A stretch of DNA of 64,000 nucleotides from Moniliella sp. 'wahieum' (taxonomy: Eukaryota): positions 124,001 through 188,000 of the forward strand of contig RSEE01000100.1 in the NCBI GenBank assembly GCA_003971905.1, written 5' to 3'. Below the pieces are notes generated by a model. That model saw only the letters and a list, made by a program, of their open reading frames with translations. It was not told where the DNA came from and made no database searches. How positions within the stretch are numbered: the first letter of the stretch is position 1; every line of letters starts with the position of its first letter. Positions 52,552 through 63,902 of the stretch are shown here, one piece after another. Position numbers and translations under genes: made by a program.

Positions 52552-55075
52552 CTAGTCGGCCACAATGTCCTCCTTCCGCAGCCGCTTCTCGTCCAGGTCC
52601 TTGATCTTCTGGCCCTGCCGCGCAATGTCCGACGGCTCGTCCCGCATGATCCCCAGCCCCGTCTCCTGCTTGGCCAGCTCCAGCACGTCCGTCAACGGCA
52701 CCAGTCCATCGTGGTCAATGTCCAGCTTGTCCACAATCGCCTCAATCACATCCTCCGACGGCGCATGCTTAATCAGCCGCAACGCCTGCGACAGGTCAGC
52801 CAACGAAATCTTACCCGTCGGCGACGCCTCAATAATGTGCATCCGCGACCCCACGTCCCGGTCGTACGCCTCGAGCTGCGCATCAATCTGGCTCATCATC
52901 TTGTTGACCCGCTTGGCCAGACTGCGCGCCGCCACCGACGCCTTCTTCTCCGGCTCCACCGCCGCGGGGGTGGCAGCCGCATCCGTCGTGCCGGTCTGGC
53001 CTGTCTTGCCCGCGTACCCTCGGCTGCCTCCTCGGCTGCCGCCGCCAGCACTCGATTCTGGCGATGCACTGTTGGATGAAGCGGCGGCGACGCGGCCGAC
53101 TGCCTGTGCGCCGTCTTCCCCACTCTGTTCGGGGTGCATCAGGCCCTCGCTTTCACGCACAAGCCGGTTCAGTTCCTCCCGCTCCCGCAGGACGGAGCTC
53201 TTGGCCGAAAGCAAGCTCAAAGCTTCGCCCAACTCGAGGAGCTGTTCCTTGGTCATATGTGGTTCTTCCGGCTTCGTCTCCCCTTCTGACGCCGACGGTT
53301 CCGATGCCGCTTCTTCCGTCGCGGGGGCACCGGGAGCAGCCGGTGCATCCGAACGCTACTGTCGTCGTCGAGGAAGGTTGCGTAGCAGACACAGGTGCTG
53401 CGGCAGAGGGAGCGCCACTAGCCGTATCTGCTGATACTGGTGCTGTGCCTTTAGCTTGTTCCGCCGCTTCCTTCTTAGCCTTCTCTGCTGCCTCCTTCTT
53501 GGCCTTCTCGGCAGCACGTGCTTCCTCCTCCTGCTCTTGCTCCGCCTCGTCTTCAATCAAGTCCTCCTGCTCCTCCAGCACCTCGAGACGTTCCTTGTTG
53601 GTCGCCGTGTTCTTGTTGACGTTCAACTCGGCCTCGTTGAGCAAGTTGTCAGGGAGCGAAGCGAGGGTAAGCTCGAGCGACTTGATGTACGGCGTCATGC
53701 CTTCCTCTTGCGAAGCTGCATCCACCGCCCCAGCATTCGGGTGGGCAGCCGCATGCATCAAGTTGAATGCCTTGCTGAGAATCAAGAGGGTACCACTGAT
53801 GCGCTCGTGGAGGTGGAGGTTGATCCACTGGTCCAACTCGCGCTTCATTGCGTCGCGACCGAGGTGGACCGTAGCCAAGCCACCACGGTCCAGTACGGCC
53901 TTGCGCAACTCTTCATCCGACAAGTTGTCCGTGCCTTCCGACGCAAGCACCATATCGTCGTGGCGGATCTTGGTGAGTTTGTTACGGATTTGGTAGCGAA
54001 GGTAATTGTCGGTACCAAACGCGTGGATCTGCATGTAGCGACACACGCTCACCAGCTGTGGACGCGACAAGTTGTCCAGTGTCATATCATCGTCAAACAG
54101 TTTCGCCACATTAATCACGTCTTCCCGCGAAGGCTGTTCGCCCGTCGAGCGCACCTTGCGGAAAAATTCGGTAAAGGCTTCCTGGGCCTTTTGCGTGTCG
54201 CCATGCTGCGGCGTCAGGCCGCCGTCTTTGAGCGACTCTTGAAGGAACTTGGCCATCTCCAAGCGGACCTTGATCAGCCGCCGGCGCTTCTCCTCCACGG
54301 CAAACTTAGATTCGAAGGTAGACGGGAGCATGTTGGGGAACACCTTGATCGCCACGGGCAAGAGCAACTCGGCAAACGGCACAATCACAAATGGCACAAA
54401 GGGGATCAGACGCAACAAGTCGGCAAAGGTACGTCTCAATTGACGTGCTCACGACGGGTCAGGGCATAGCCCAGGACAACGCCGAAGCAGACGGGCACTG
54501 ATACTGATCTCCTTGCCAGCTTGGTGCCGTGCCAGTAGTGGGCGGCCTCTTCCTTGATGCCCTTCCAGGCGCGCTTGATCAGCGGGCCCTTCTTCTCCTC
54601 GGGCTTGTCGTCCTTGGGCTTGTCGGGCAGCGGGGCACGCGCGAGGTGTGGAGGGCGAGCGCGGAGCGGGGCAGGACAAGGGGGGCACGGTGCAGCAGGG
54701 GCAGCTGGGCCGAGAGCGCAGTGTAGGCGGGGGGGGCGAGGCGCAGCGCAGCGGGCGACGGGCGGTGGGCGAGCGCGGCACGCAGACTGGCGGGCGGCAT
54801 AGCCGCGCGGACGCCGGCAGACGAGCCGAAGCGGGCGCCGACAGACGAGCCAGAGCGGGGCCCGCGCGCAGCAGCGGCCAGGGGCGAACGCAGCATGGGG
54901 GGCAGACAGCAGAGGTGGAGGCACAACCAGCCGGGCGCGGGCGTGGCTTCTTCTTGAGGACGTTTGCTGGGGCGCCCGGAACTGGCAATAATAAGCCGGC
55001 ACGCGTCACCCGTCGGGCGGAAGGCTGACTGGTGACGCACGCCGCCTGGCGCCCGAACGAGCGAAGGTTGAACAT
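52552..55075 (-). CDS. MDM38: LETM1/Mdm38-family mitochondrial inner-membrane cation/H+ exchange factor
   Basis: IKEEAAHYWHGTKL..LTRRE..RRTFADLLRLIPFVPFVIVPFAELLLPVAIKVFPNMLPSTF..LDNLSRPQLVSVCRYM..FGTDNYLRYQIR, plus a C-terminal EF-hand-like KLDIDHDGLVPL. Confidence 0.92.
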
Positions 55076-57181
55076 TGCAGCTGGACTGCACCTTGAAGCT
55101 GAACATTGCACATTGCCCTGCGCTGCGCTGCTGCGTCTGTGTGGCCCGCGCCCGCACGCTGCGCTGCGCACGGACCGCGCACCCCGGACAGCGACACAGA
55201 CGCACTGCGCCAGTCGTCGTCGCAGCGTCGACGTCATCTCGATCCCATCCGTCTTCCATCAGCCATCATCCATCTCACCCATCTTCGCTTCTCTTCCGTC
55301 GCATTAATAACCCGCTGGCCCTGGCCCGCGTCCTGTCCGAGGCCGTGGCGAACATGCAATCCTTCTGGCCCTCGCCACGCATCCCCCAGCGCCCAGCGTC
55401 GCCTCGTCATTACCATTCGTCATCAAAAAAGCTCCAGCTCAGCCGGAGCACTGAGGGACTGAGGCCCAACCCACCAGCCAGAACAGAAGCTGTCACGTGG
55501 CTGTCACGTGGTGCATGTCAGCAAGCGCTCGGCTCCCGCACAGCCCCCCCAATTCCGGCCCGACCACACCGCACCCCCCACCCCCGTCCGCAATGTCCGC
55601 CCCATCCCGTTCTGTCCCGTCTGCATCGCATTGTGCTGGGGCCTGCTGCGCGCTCAGGCCCGCGGATGCGCAGATCCTCAGAGTCCCCGCCATCCCGTGG
55701 GCTGAGTCGCTTTGCGTTCCGCCCCCGGCCCATTCCGCGTCCGCTGCGGCCCAACCTCCGGACTAGGTGAGAAAGGTAGCAGGGGCGAGATGCTCGATGG
55801 AAGGTGCAAGCGCCCCGGGTGAAAGCGCGATGACGTCACGTGACGTCCCTACGGTCACGCGGACGCGGCCGCGGTGCCCGTCCCGAGCGCTGGGACCGCG
55901 GTGGTTAGATCGGCTTCCGCCGTTACGCGTTACGTGGCTCCGTGTTATATATCCTGTGCACTTGAAGCTCGAGATCCCTCCCGACCATTATGATGCAGAG
56001 GGCCATTATCGAGTGTCGAGCTCGGACACTGAGCGGCTGAGCACGCCAAGGGAGAGCCAGGGCTCAAGCACGGGATCCTTCAGAATAGTAAGCGCGAAGC
56101 CCTAGCAGAGAAACCGAAACTCAACAATGGGCGGGTCCCGCGGTCATCGAATCGAGAGGTCATCCGACAACCACGCTATACTAGTAGTAGTATCTTATGT
56201 CCGCCATGCTCAACCCCGCCCACGTCTTCAGCTGATGTGGATAACAATCTATAGTGGGGGCGAGACCAAAGTGAAGAGAACACTCGCTGATGTAATGAGG
56301 GTACTGTTATAGTAATAGGTCACCCTTGTTCATTTTCGTCGTGACACAACTTCCATGCAATCTCGTGCGTTCCATCCCATAGGCGCACACATATGACAAG
56401 AAAACCCACATTCGGCGGAAGCCAGGCGCGCTGGCCAGCGGCTGGAAAGATGCTCTGAACATCATGCCAAGGGATAGAGTGCTGGTCACTCTACCCCCAG
56501 TCGTCTCTGTGATTCCTATGGCTATCAGTTATCGGGTCCGCGAGATGAAAAAAAGGGGCCGAGGGCATGGTCAGCATTGAAGGCCCCACAAGCGAAACCG
56601 CCGCACAAAAGGACTTCGAGGATCAAGCGAAAGAGACACTAGTCACTGTACACAGTACGGACAGTGCGACCAGCGCGGCTTAGTAGGACGAGATATGCCC
56701 CAGAAGAGAAAGAGGAAGAGTGGAAGGATGTGGTAGAGGTGTGCTTGCTTCCCTGGCCAGTTGACATGTTGACATGCCCTCGCTCCTCTCCCACCTTCCC
56801 CAGGGCTTTTCCCTGCGTTTCCGCCGCGGCAAACCGAGTCAGCAGGTCTCAGACGGCCGCCCCGAGCCCCTCTCGGGGCTTGGGACGGGGTGGGATCGGG
56901 GATGTAGTGGGGTCTGGGAGGGTTCTTCTGGGCGCGTCACGCATCACGAATACGTATTCGCTTGGTCGATGGTCAGCGCAACCAGTGACTATCGACGGAC
57001 GTTCGTACTTAGTACCGTCGCTGACCAGTGCCAAGTCACATGTCACAGAAGGGGTGGCAAGGGGGCACGGACGCAGTGTTCCCACGCCTGGCAACGCGCG
57101 CCGCCCTTTGGGGTGTTTAATTCTGTGGGCGAGGAGGGCCACTGGCGCCGTGCGGGCTGCTGGCGCCACACGGTCACAGCC

Positions 57182-57225
57182 GCTGCGTGCTGCTGCGTGC
57201 TGCTGCGTGCTGCTGCGTGCTGCTA
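57182..57225. repeat. 10-bp tandem repeat (GCTGCGTGCT), about 4 copies, upstream of ras2 copy B
   Basis: Directly visible. Confidence 0.85.
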
Positions 57226-57393
57226 CGGGCGGCTGCATGCGGCTGTGTGCCCGACCAGGAAAAGCGCGCCTTGGACAGCCAACGTCCGACGCCCCCATCC
57301 GTACAAGCGCATCGCCCCGCCCCGCCCCCCTTGGCGACCTCCTTGCTTCCTCTCCTCCACCCCCCGTCTCCTCCCCCGCCGTCCTCGCCCACC

Positions 57394-58149
57394 ATGTCAG
57401 GCAAGATGATGATCTACAAACTGGTTGTCCTGGGCGATGGCGGCGTAGGCAAGACCGCGCTGACGATCCAGGGTGTAGAGCTCGGTTCCCCAATGACTTT
57501 TTTTCTTTAACCTGGCTGCGACGTTTTTTTACCACCACGGCACCATGGCCAAACGACCACCGCTAACCGCTGTCCTTGGTTTTGGTTCGTTCATATGTAC
57601 CGCTCGCTTCGTGCTTGGCCGGGTGGAGTAGCTGTGCCTCAACCATTTTGTCGAGACGTACGACCCGACCATCGAGGACTCGTATCGCAAACAAACAGTC
57701 ATTGACGACCAGCCGTGTATGCTCGAGGTGCTCGACACGGTGGGCAGGAGGAGTACACGGCTTTGCGGGACCAGTGGGTGCGTGAAGGCGAGGGGTTTCT
57801 GTTAGTGTACTCGATTGTGAGTCGGCCGACGTTTGAGCGCATCGAGCGGTTCAAGAACCAAATTACGCGCGTGAAAGATGATCCTAATGTTCCCACCATC
57901 CTCGTGGGGAACAAGTGCGACAAGGCCGACGAGCGAGAGGTGGCGTCGGAAGAAGGCGAAGCGCTGGCGACCCGACTTGGGTGCCAGTTTGTCGAAACGT
58001 CAGCCAAGACGTGTGTGAATGTGGAAAAGGCGTATCTCAACGTTGTCCGCTTGATCCGCGAACAACGGGGTGAGATTGTCAAGCATGCCACAAAGGGAAG
58101 GAGGAATCCATTCAAGTCCGACTCCAAGACCAAATGCTTCCTGTTTTAA
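57394..58149 (+). CDS. ras2: Ras small GTPase, Ras2-type (copy B); intron ~57472-57631
   Basis: The N-terminus [47 protein letters not shown] is identical to copy A and the G-boxes are present. It ends SKTKCFLF. There is an indel at DTAG, and the intron donor reads CAG/GGTGTA (probable error). Confidence 0.9.
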
Positions 58150-58943
58150 TATGTTCCCCCCCCCTCTTTCCGTTCTGGCCCAGGGTTTCTTCTTTCTTTT
58201 TTCTTTTGTAGACGCCCTTTTCCCAGCAACTTATTACCCCAAGAGAAGGGCTTCCTATCCCCCCCCCCCCCGCTGCCTTTCTCACTGTTCTTTCTGAGCA
58301 ACCCTCCTTGCCTCGTGGCTGTGGATTGATACCTCCTCCAATAGGTCCACCGACCACACCTCTTTCGTACGGATGGCGGTACGTTGCATGTTTTCCATCC
58401 CGTACTCCAACTTCGGTCGCCCGTTTCGTTTGCAGACATGCTTGTGCCACCTTTGTTATGCCTTCTCTCCTCTCCTCGCCTCTCTCCCTCCCCAGCACAA
58501 GGTCAGTTTGGCTTGCATCAAGCCAGGCGAGGGCCGTGCCTCGTGGCGGTGGCTGGTTGCGCCACAGCACACCTACATCCCATTGCTAGAGAGGGCGCAT
58601 GCGGCAGTGGATAATAGTTGCTACTGGCTAATTGCTCGGCACCAGTTACTAGCTGCTAGTTGCTCGTAACGCGTAACTCGTAACGGCCCGGTTACCGGTT
58701 ATGACCGGCGCCAGTGACCCAGGGGTACGGCGCGCAGGTAGGACTGAGTAGGCGCCAGGCGCACACAACCGTTGGGCCCTGGCCCCCCAATTTCATCTTT
58801 CAAAGGCGGATTCAGACTCGGACGGGGCTACCTAGTGGCTGGCACGGCCTCCGCTTCTCCTCTCCTCCTGTCCCCTCTCCTCTGCCCTCCTCTCCTCTCC
58901 CTCCATCTCCACCCCCCCTCCTCCCCTCCACCTCCACTTCGCC

Positions 58944-61162
58944 ATGCCTGAGCACCGGCTGGCCTGCCGTCCTGGCCCACGGGGCAGCGCAGGCTGCGAC
59001 GCACATCCCGCGCGTGCTGGCTTTCGAGTACGCTGCCACTGCCGTGGGGCAGCCGTTCGAGGTGGCCCGTATCCTGCTCCAGCTCCAATGGGCTCCTCGG
59101 CACGACCCATCTACCCGGCTTGCCCAGCTCGCCATCGACAGCAACGAAACCATGGCAGAGGGCACGACCTACCGCTTGCTTCTCCCCTCCTCCCCCCCAC
59201 CACCTTCGCCCTCGTCCTTGTCGGCGCCCCCAATCCAATCTCCATCTCAGGCTCCTTCTTCATCCCCGTCTGCACCCCCATCCCAATCTCCATCTCCATC
59301 TCCGTCTCCGTCTGCGTTTCATTATCCCTCTCCCTCTCCCCTCTGCACCAGCCCCCTCCCACTTCTTTGGCCTCGCCACCACCAACTCTAATTCCTGCTG
59401 CTACGGACGGTACCCACCTCTTACCCCATGGCCAGTCCGGGCTTACCTCTGCTTCAGAGACCATGTCCAACGCCCATACGCAAGCGTCTCCTCCCTACCC
59501 CACGCCCCAGCGCCAGCCCAAGTCCACGCACAGGCTCACTGACCCCGATGCCGATCCGGACACGAGTGATGCAGGTGCACTGTTGGAATCGGTCTGGGCT
59601 GACACTCCCAACGAAGATTCACACACTGAATTTGTGCCGCTTGAGAGACCGCCCACGCCTTCTCCTGAGCTCTGGCCCGAAGCAGAGGCCGACTGGGCGT
59701 CCGATACTACCCCCGCTCAAGAAGACGAGGACCGATCGTCCAGTGCTTCCCTCCGTAACCACTCTCCCGAGGGTCCGATGCATCTTCCCTTCTCTCCCCC
59801 CCTTCCTCCAGTGCAGGTACGTTTTACGTTTACGTTTTACCTTGTCCCCTGCACCTTGCCTACTAGGCTATCATGCACGCTAGGTCACTGATCCTACTTA
59901 TCATCAGGTCCAGACCCAGGCCGAGACCCAAGTCCAGGAGGAGGCTAAGGAACCCCACCCCCTCCCTGGGGGCGAGATGCAACCCCTCACCGGAGCCTGC
60001 CAACGCCCCTCCCTCGTCGCACAAAGATACTGTGCGCGCGCACGTTCCCCGCTCGAGCAATGCAGGACCCAAGTCCTGCACCCTACCCATACTCTACTCT
60101 GGTGGGCTATGGGATATGACGCGGCGCTGCTGCGTGGTCCAGAAGGGTGGAGGGCGCTGTTCAAAGGGACCAGCACGACATTTATTATGGAAGCGTTGGA
60201 GCGTATTCTAGTCCCGTCTCTGCATCGCCTATTGGCAAGGATGACAGGTCTACCGCGCGGAGCTGCTGGGCTTGCCTTGGCCGTAAGAGGTGGTGGCGGA
60301 TCAGCCGTGGCAGGCGCAGCGTTAGCCCTCGCCCCTCGTCCATGGCAAGTGTGGGGCGCAGCGGTCCTATCGTATTCTGTGGTGCGCATGGCCCTGGTCC
60401 CGCTCGACACGCTACGGACTAGGATGGTAGCGCAATCAACTTTATCTGGACAACGCAAGTACCCAGCTGGGTGGGGGACGTTGCCCGGGCTACGAATGAT
60501 GGCAGAGGAAGAAGGTGGATGGGCACAACTTTGGTTTGCACCGCACATTTTTTGGCCTGCGGTATTGGATTGTACGTGGCGAGGATTGTTATTGCTACCC
60601 CTCTCTTGGTCGATAAGATGTTTCCGTACGACCGGGCCCAACCAGCCACCTCGGCCCGCGTTCTGCTCTCGCTGGTGTGCCAGATCTCAGCGCTCTTGGT
60701 CACCCTGCCCATTGAGACAGTTCGTCGGCGGATGCAGGTGCAGCCTCGGTTCGATCGGGATCACCATGCGCAGAGCCTAGCTCGGCAGAGGAGCGAGGCA
60801 CTACGAGCTCGTCACCACGCTTCGCACGCTCTTCCCAAACCCGCCCTTCCCACCATTCAACCCGTACCCCTCCTCGGGCCCGGGACGGGCTACCTGATTC
60901 GGATCCAGGGGTTGCGGACGTGTGTCGAGACGCGTCCGCTTGCGTACCGAGGCGTGATGGATGCATTGGTCCGAATCGTACAGGAAGAAGAAACGTCGAC
61001 GCCACCTTGGGTCTTGCCCCCCCACACGCGCTCATTCCCACCTCTGGCATCTACTCACTGTACCGCGGCTTCTCCATTGCGTCCATGACTCTGCTGGCCG
61101 AGGCAGCGCTGGCGCTCTTGCTGGGCGAAGCCACACCAACGGGCATCTGGGCTGAACTGTAG
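58944..61162 (+). CDS. UGO1: Mitochondrial fusion protein Ugo1 (degenerate mitochondrial carrier fold); probable intron ~59817-59907
   Basis: EYAATAVGQPFEVARILLQLQW, GGLWDM..EGWRALFKG, VPLDTLRTRMVAQ, TLPIETVRRRMQVQ, YRGVMDALVRIVQEE, GIYSLYRG. These are carrier signature motifs with the long insert typical of Ugo1. Confidence 0.8.
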
Positions 61163-61483
61163 AACCCCACTCACACTCTCACATCCCCTTTCCGTCCCAC
61201 CATGCCTCCTCCCCCCCCTATTACGGGGTTCCGTCGTTGCATGCGCGTTCCCCCGCGCCGATATCCTAATCCCCCCCACTCTCCCCCCCTCCTCCGCCCC
61301 TTCCCACGCTACCTCTACGTCCATGCCCATTGGCTCTCAGGGAGACGTGCATTAATTGAAACAGTACCAAATGGCAATAAGATGCCAACTCAGGGCAAGG
61401 CCAGGGGCAGGTTTTGACCGGTTTGACCTTGGGTCCGGTCCGGAACGCGTAGGTACGTGATGCATAATGATTCGTTAACGATG

Positions 61484-63902
61484 TTAGCACCGCCCGCACA
61501 CCCGCCCCAACAGCCCCAACAACTCAGCGGGCCCAGCCGGCCTGCTTCATGAGCAGGTTGGCAATGCTCGCTGCGCCTTCGCCTAACACAAAGCCCGAAG
61601 CGACGACGGTGATGGTGAAGCCCGGCAAGGCTTCGTCGAGCTTCGAAGTGGCGCCTGACGCAGCATGACGGCGCCGCCGTCGCGCCAAGGCATAGGACGA
61701 GATGGCACCGCCAATCAGGCGGGCCAGACTAAAGTTGGGCGTGTTGAGGATTCCTACGGAGAAGGCAATGCCGAAGGCAAGTAGTCGGCGCAGGTTACCC
61801 ACGCCGGTACGCTGGTTGCCACGTCGGTTTCAGGGTCGGAAGGGCGCTCGCGCGCCAGTTGGGCACGCTTGGTCCGCGCCAAGCTCCGCATCGCCCCGTC
61901 ACGGCAAACAGCGCTGCACTGCCTACCATGAACGAGGCCACATGGGGGGGAAGCGAGCCATGGTTGACCAAGCGGGCCAAGTTGAGCCACACGGCCGCTG
62001 GGCGCGGGGAACTCAGGGCCCGGAATGGTGTAGGTGGACGAGTACATGAGGTAGGCTCCTGCACTCACTGCCACTCCGAATGTGGAACCGACCATCTGGC
62101 CTAAAACAACGTGCGCGGCGAGGCCCACCAAGTGACCCGTCTTGAGATCTTGCAGCAAGTCGCCCGCTTGCATCGCCCGGCCTCGGCGATCGCACCAGCA
62201 ATCAAGTTGGCCACCACATTCCGGCTGGATCAAGGCAAACAGGACCTGGACCAGCTTGCCAATCGACGAGGTCGGGTTCAAGTCCGTCTCGCCTAACGCT
62301 CGCACGCCCAAAATGGCCAAAAACGAAGACAGAATCACAGCCAACACGGTGGCCCACCATGCGATCCCACGGGGTCCAAATGCCAATGGATCAGTACCAC
62401 ACACAGTGCAGTGGACCAAAGCAGGCCCCATGCAATCCACGAAGGAGGCACAAGGCGACTAGCAGGTTCATGCTCTTCATCTACCGCAACGCGGATGCGC
62501 GAGGAGAGCGTACGCCACTGCTGTTGCTGCTGCTTCCCTCTTGGGTGGCGGACAAGGAAGCGTCCGAGGTGGGGGGAAGACGAGTGTAACCAGTCTCCTT
62601 GCTAGAGCACCAAGCCTTGATATCCTGCCACCCATGCGCCGCACCAAGTGCCACCAGACCCAGCACCGATTCCGCCGACATGATCGCCAACGAGATCCAC
62701 ACAATCCAAGCCCGCGCGCCCGTTTCCCCATCGAGCGGTGCGCCCTTGGCCCAGCCGCACTGGGTCGCCAAAGGTGAGAGGAACGCCCACCCAACAAATG
62801 CGCCTGCCGTCATGCTTAGCGTGGTAGGAAGACCCATGATGATGCCCTGGCCGACATAGGAAAAAGAAGGAGTAAACCACCATCCCCATTTGCGGGCGAG
62901 GCCTACTGGCTGGAAGTGGTTGAGCGGAGCGAGAGCCATGTCAAACACAGGAATGGCGTAGAGGACCGGGAGGAAAAAAGAGGCAAGAGTAAATACGGTG
63001 CTCAGGCCAAAGCTCGCAAACAAAGCATTCCACCCAGCCGGTTCTTCCTTAAGCTCCGACGCGGCAGGTGGAGCAGGAAGAGCGTTCTGGCTTGAAGTGG
63101 CCTGAGTCACGGCAGGAGTGGTTCCCACCGCCCCATACCCCGAGGGGCGAGCAGCAGTGTCAACTTCAGGCGCGGGCGCCTGAGACCGAGTGGCAGAAGC
63201 CTCCTCCAACCGAGATTTCACATTTTGAGCCGTTTCGGCAGAGACTGGGTCGGTAACCAAAGGCCGGCGATGCAGAACAGCAATCAGCTGCGCTGTGGCC
63301 GTGCCTGAAGGAAAGCGAAGTTTTTCTTTAGAATAATGGGTCCTCGGAGCGGCGAGGCGAAAAAGACGCCAAAATAGGCCAGACCGATGCACCAGATGGT
63401 GAGTTGAAGAGGGGAAAAGTGAATGGGGCTCACGCCATCACGCACGGGGTCCAGTTGCCCCAAAGCGGGCACAATGCCCACCAATCCTGCCGAGAGCGGC
63501 ATGCCGCCGACGGCAACAGTGGCCTGGACCAGTGTGTTCTCTGCTGGCGTGAATGGTGCGTGTGAAAGAGAGTACGGGAAATGGCGGGAGGGATGGCCTT
63601 AAAGATGCCAAAACCGAGCAGCAGCGCGGCCTGGAGCGAGGCCATGGTAAATCCATCGCCTCTGCAGCCCAAAAAGGTATTGGTAAAGCAGATGAGGGTG
63701 CCGACGGCAAGGCGACGACGAGGCCGCGCAGAGTGAGGTCGTCGTTGGTGGGGGTGGTGGTGTTGATGCCGAGGGCGGGGGGGCGGGGGGAGGGCGTAAT
63801 CCGTCGCGCGCACCTCGGGTCGGGCGACTGCGGGGGGACTGGGCGTGTGGGTGATGGGCATGGAGCGCGGGGTCTTGCCAAGGCGCAGCGCCATCGGGGA
63901 TG
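61484..63902 (-). CDS. OPT-superfamily transporter (YSL-like branch); ends approximate
   Basis: LTLRGL..MPLSAGLVGIVPAL..LAYFGVFFA..LRFPSGTATAQLIAVLH..PSFSYVGQGIIMG..GVRALGETDLNP..QAGDLLQDLKTGHLVG..AFSVG..VVASGFVLGEG. Confidence 0.9.

Noticed and set aside
52525..54469. Long plus-strand ORFs antisense to LETM1 (similar ones lie opposite ALDH, SLA2 and the Est1-like gene)
   Set aside because: These are shadow ORFs expected from high GC content and codon bias. The opposite strand carries the conserved protein.
57394..58149. ras2-B and MRS2-B as mis-assembled haplotype copies
   Set aside because: Introns, synonymous sites, C-termini and flanking genes all differ far more than alleles or read error would produce.
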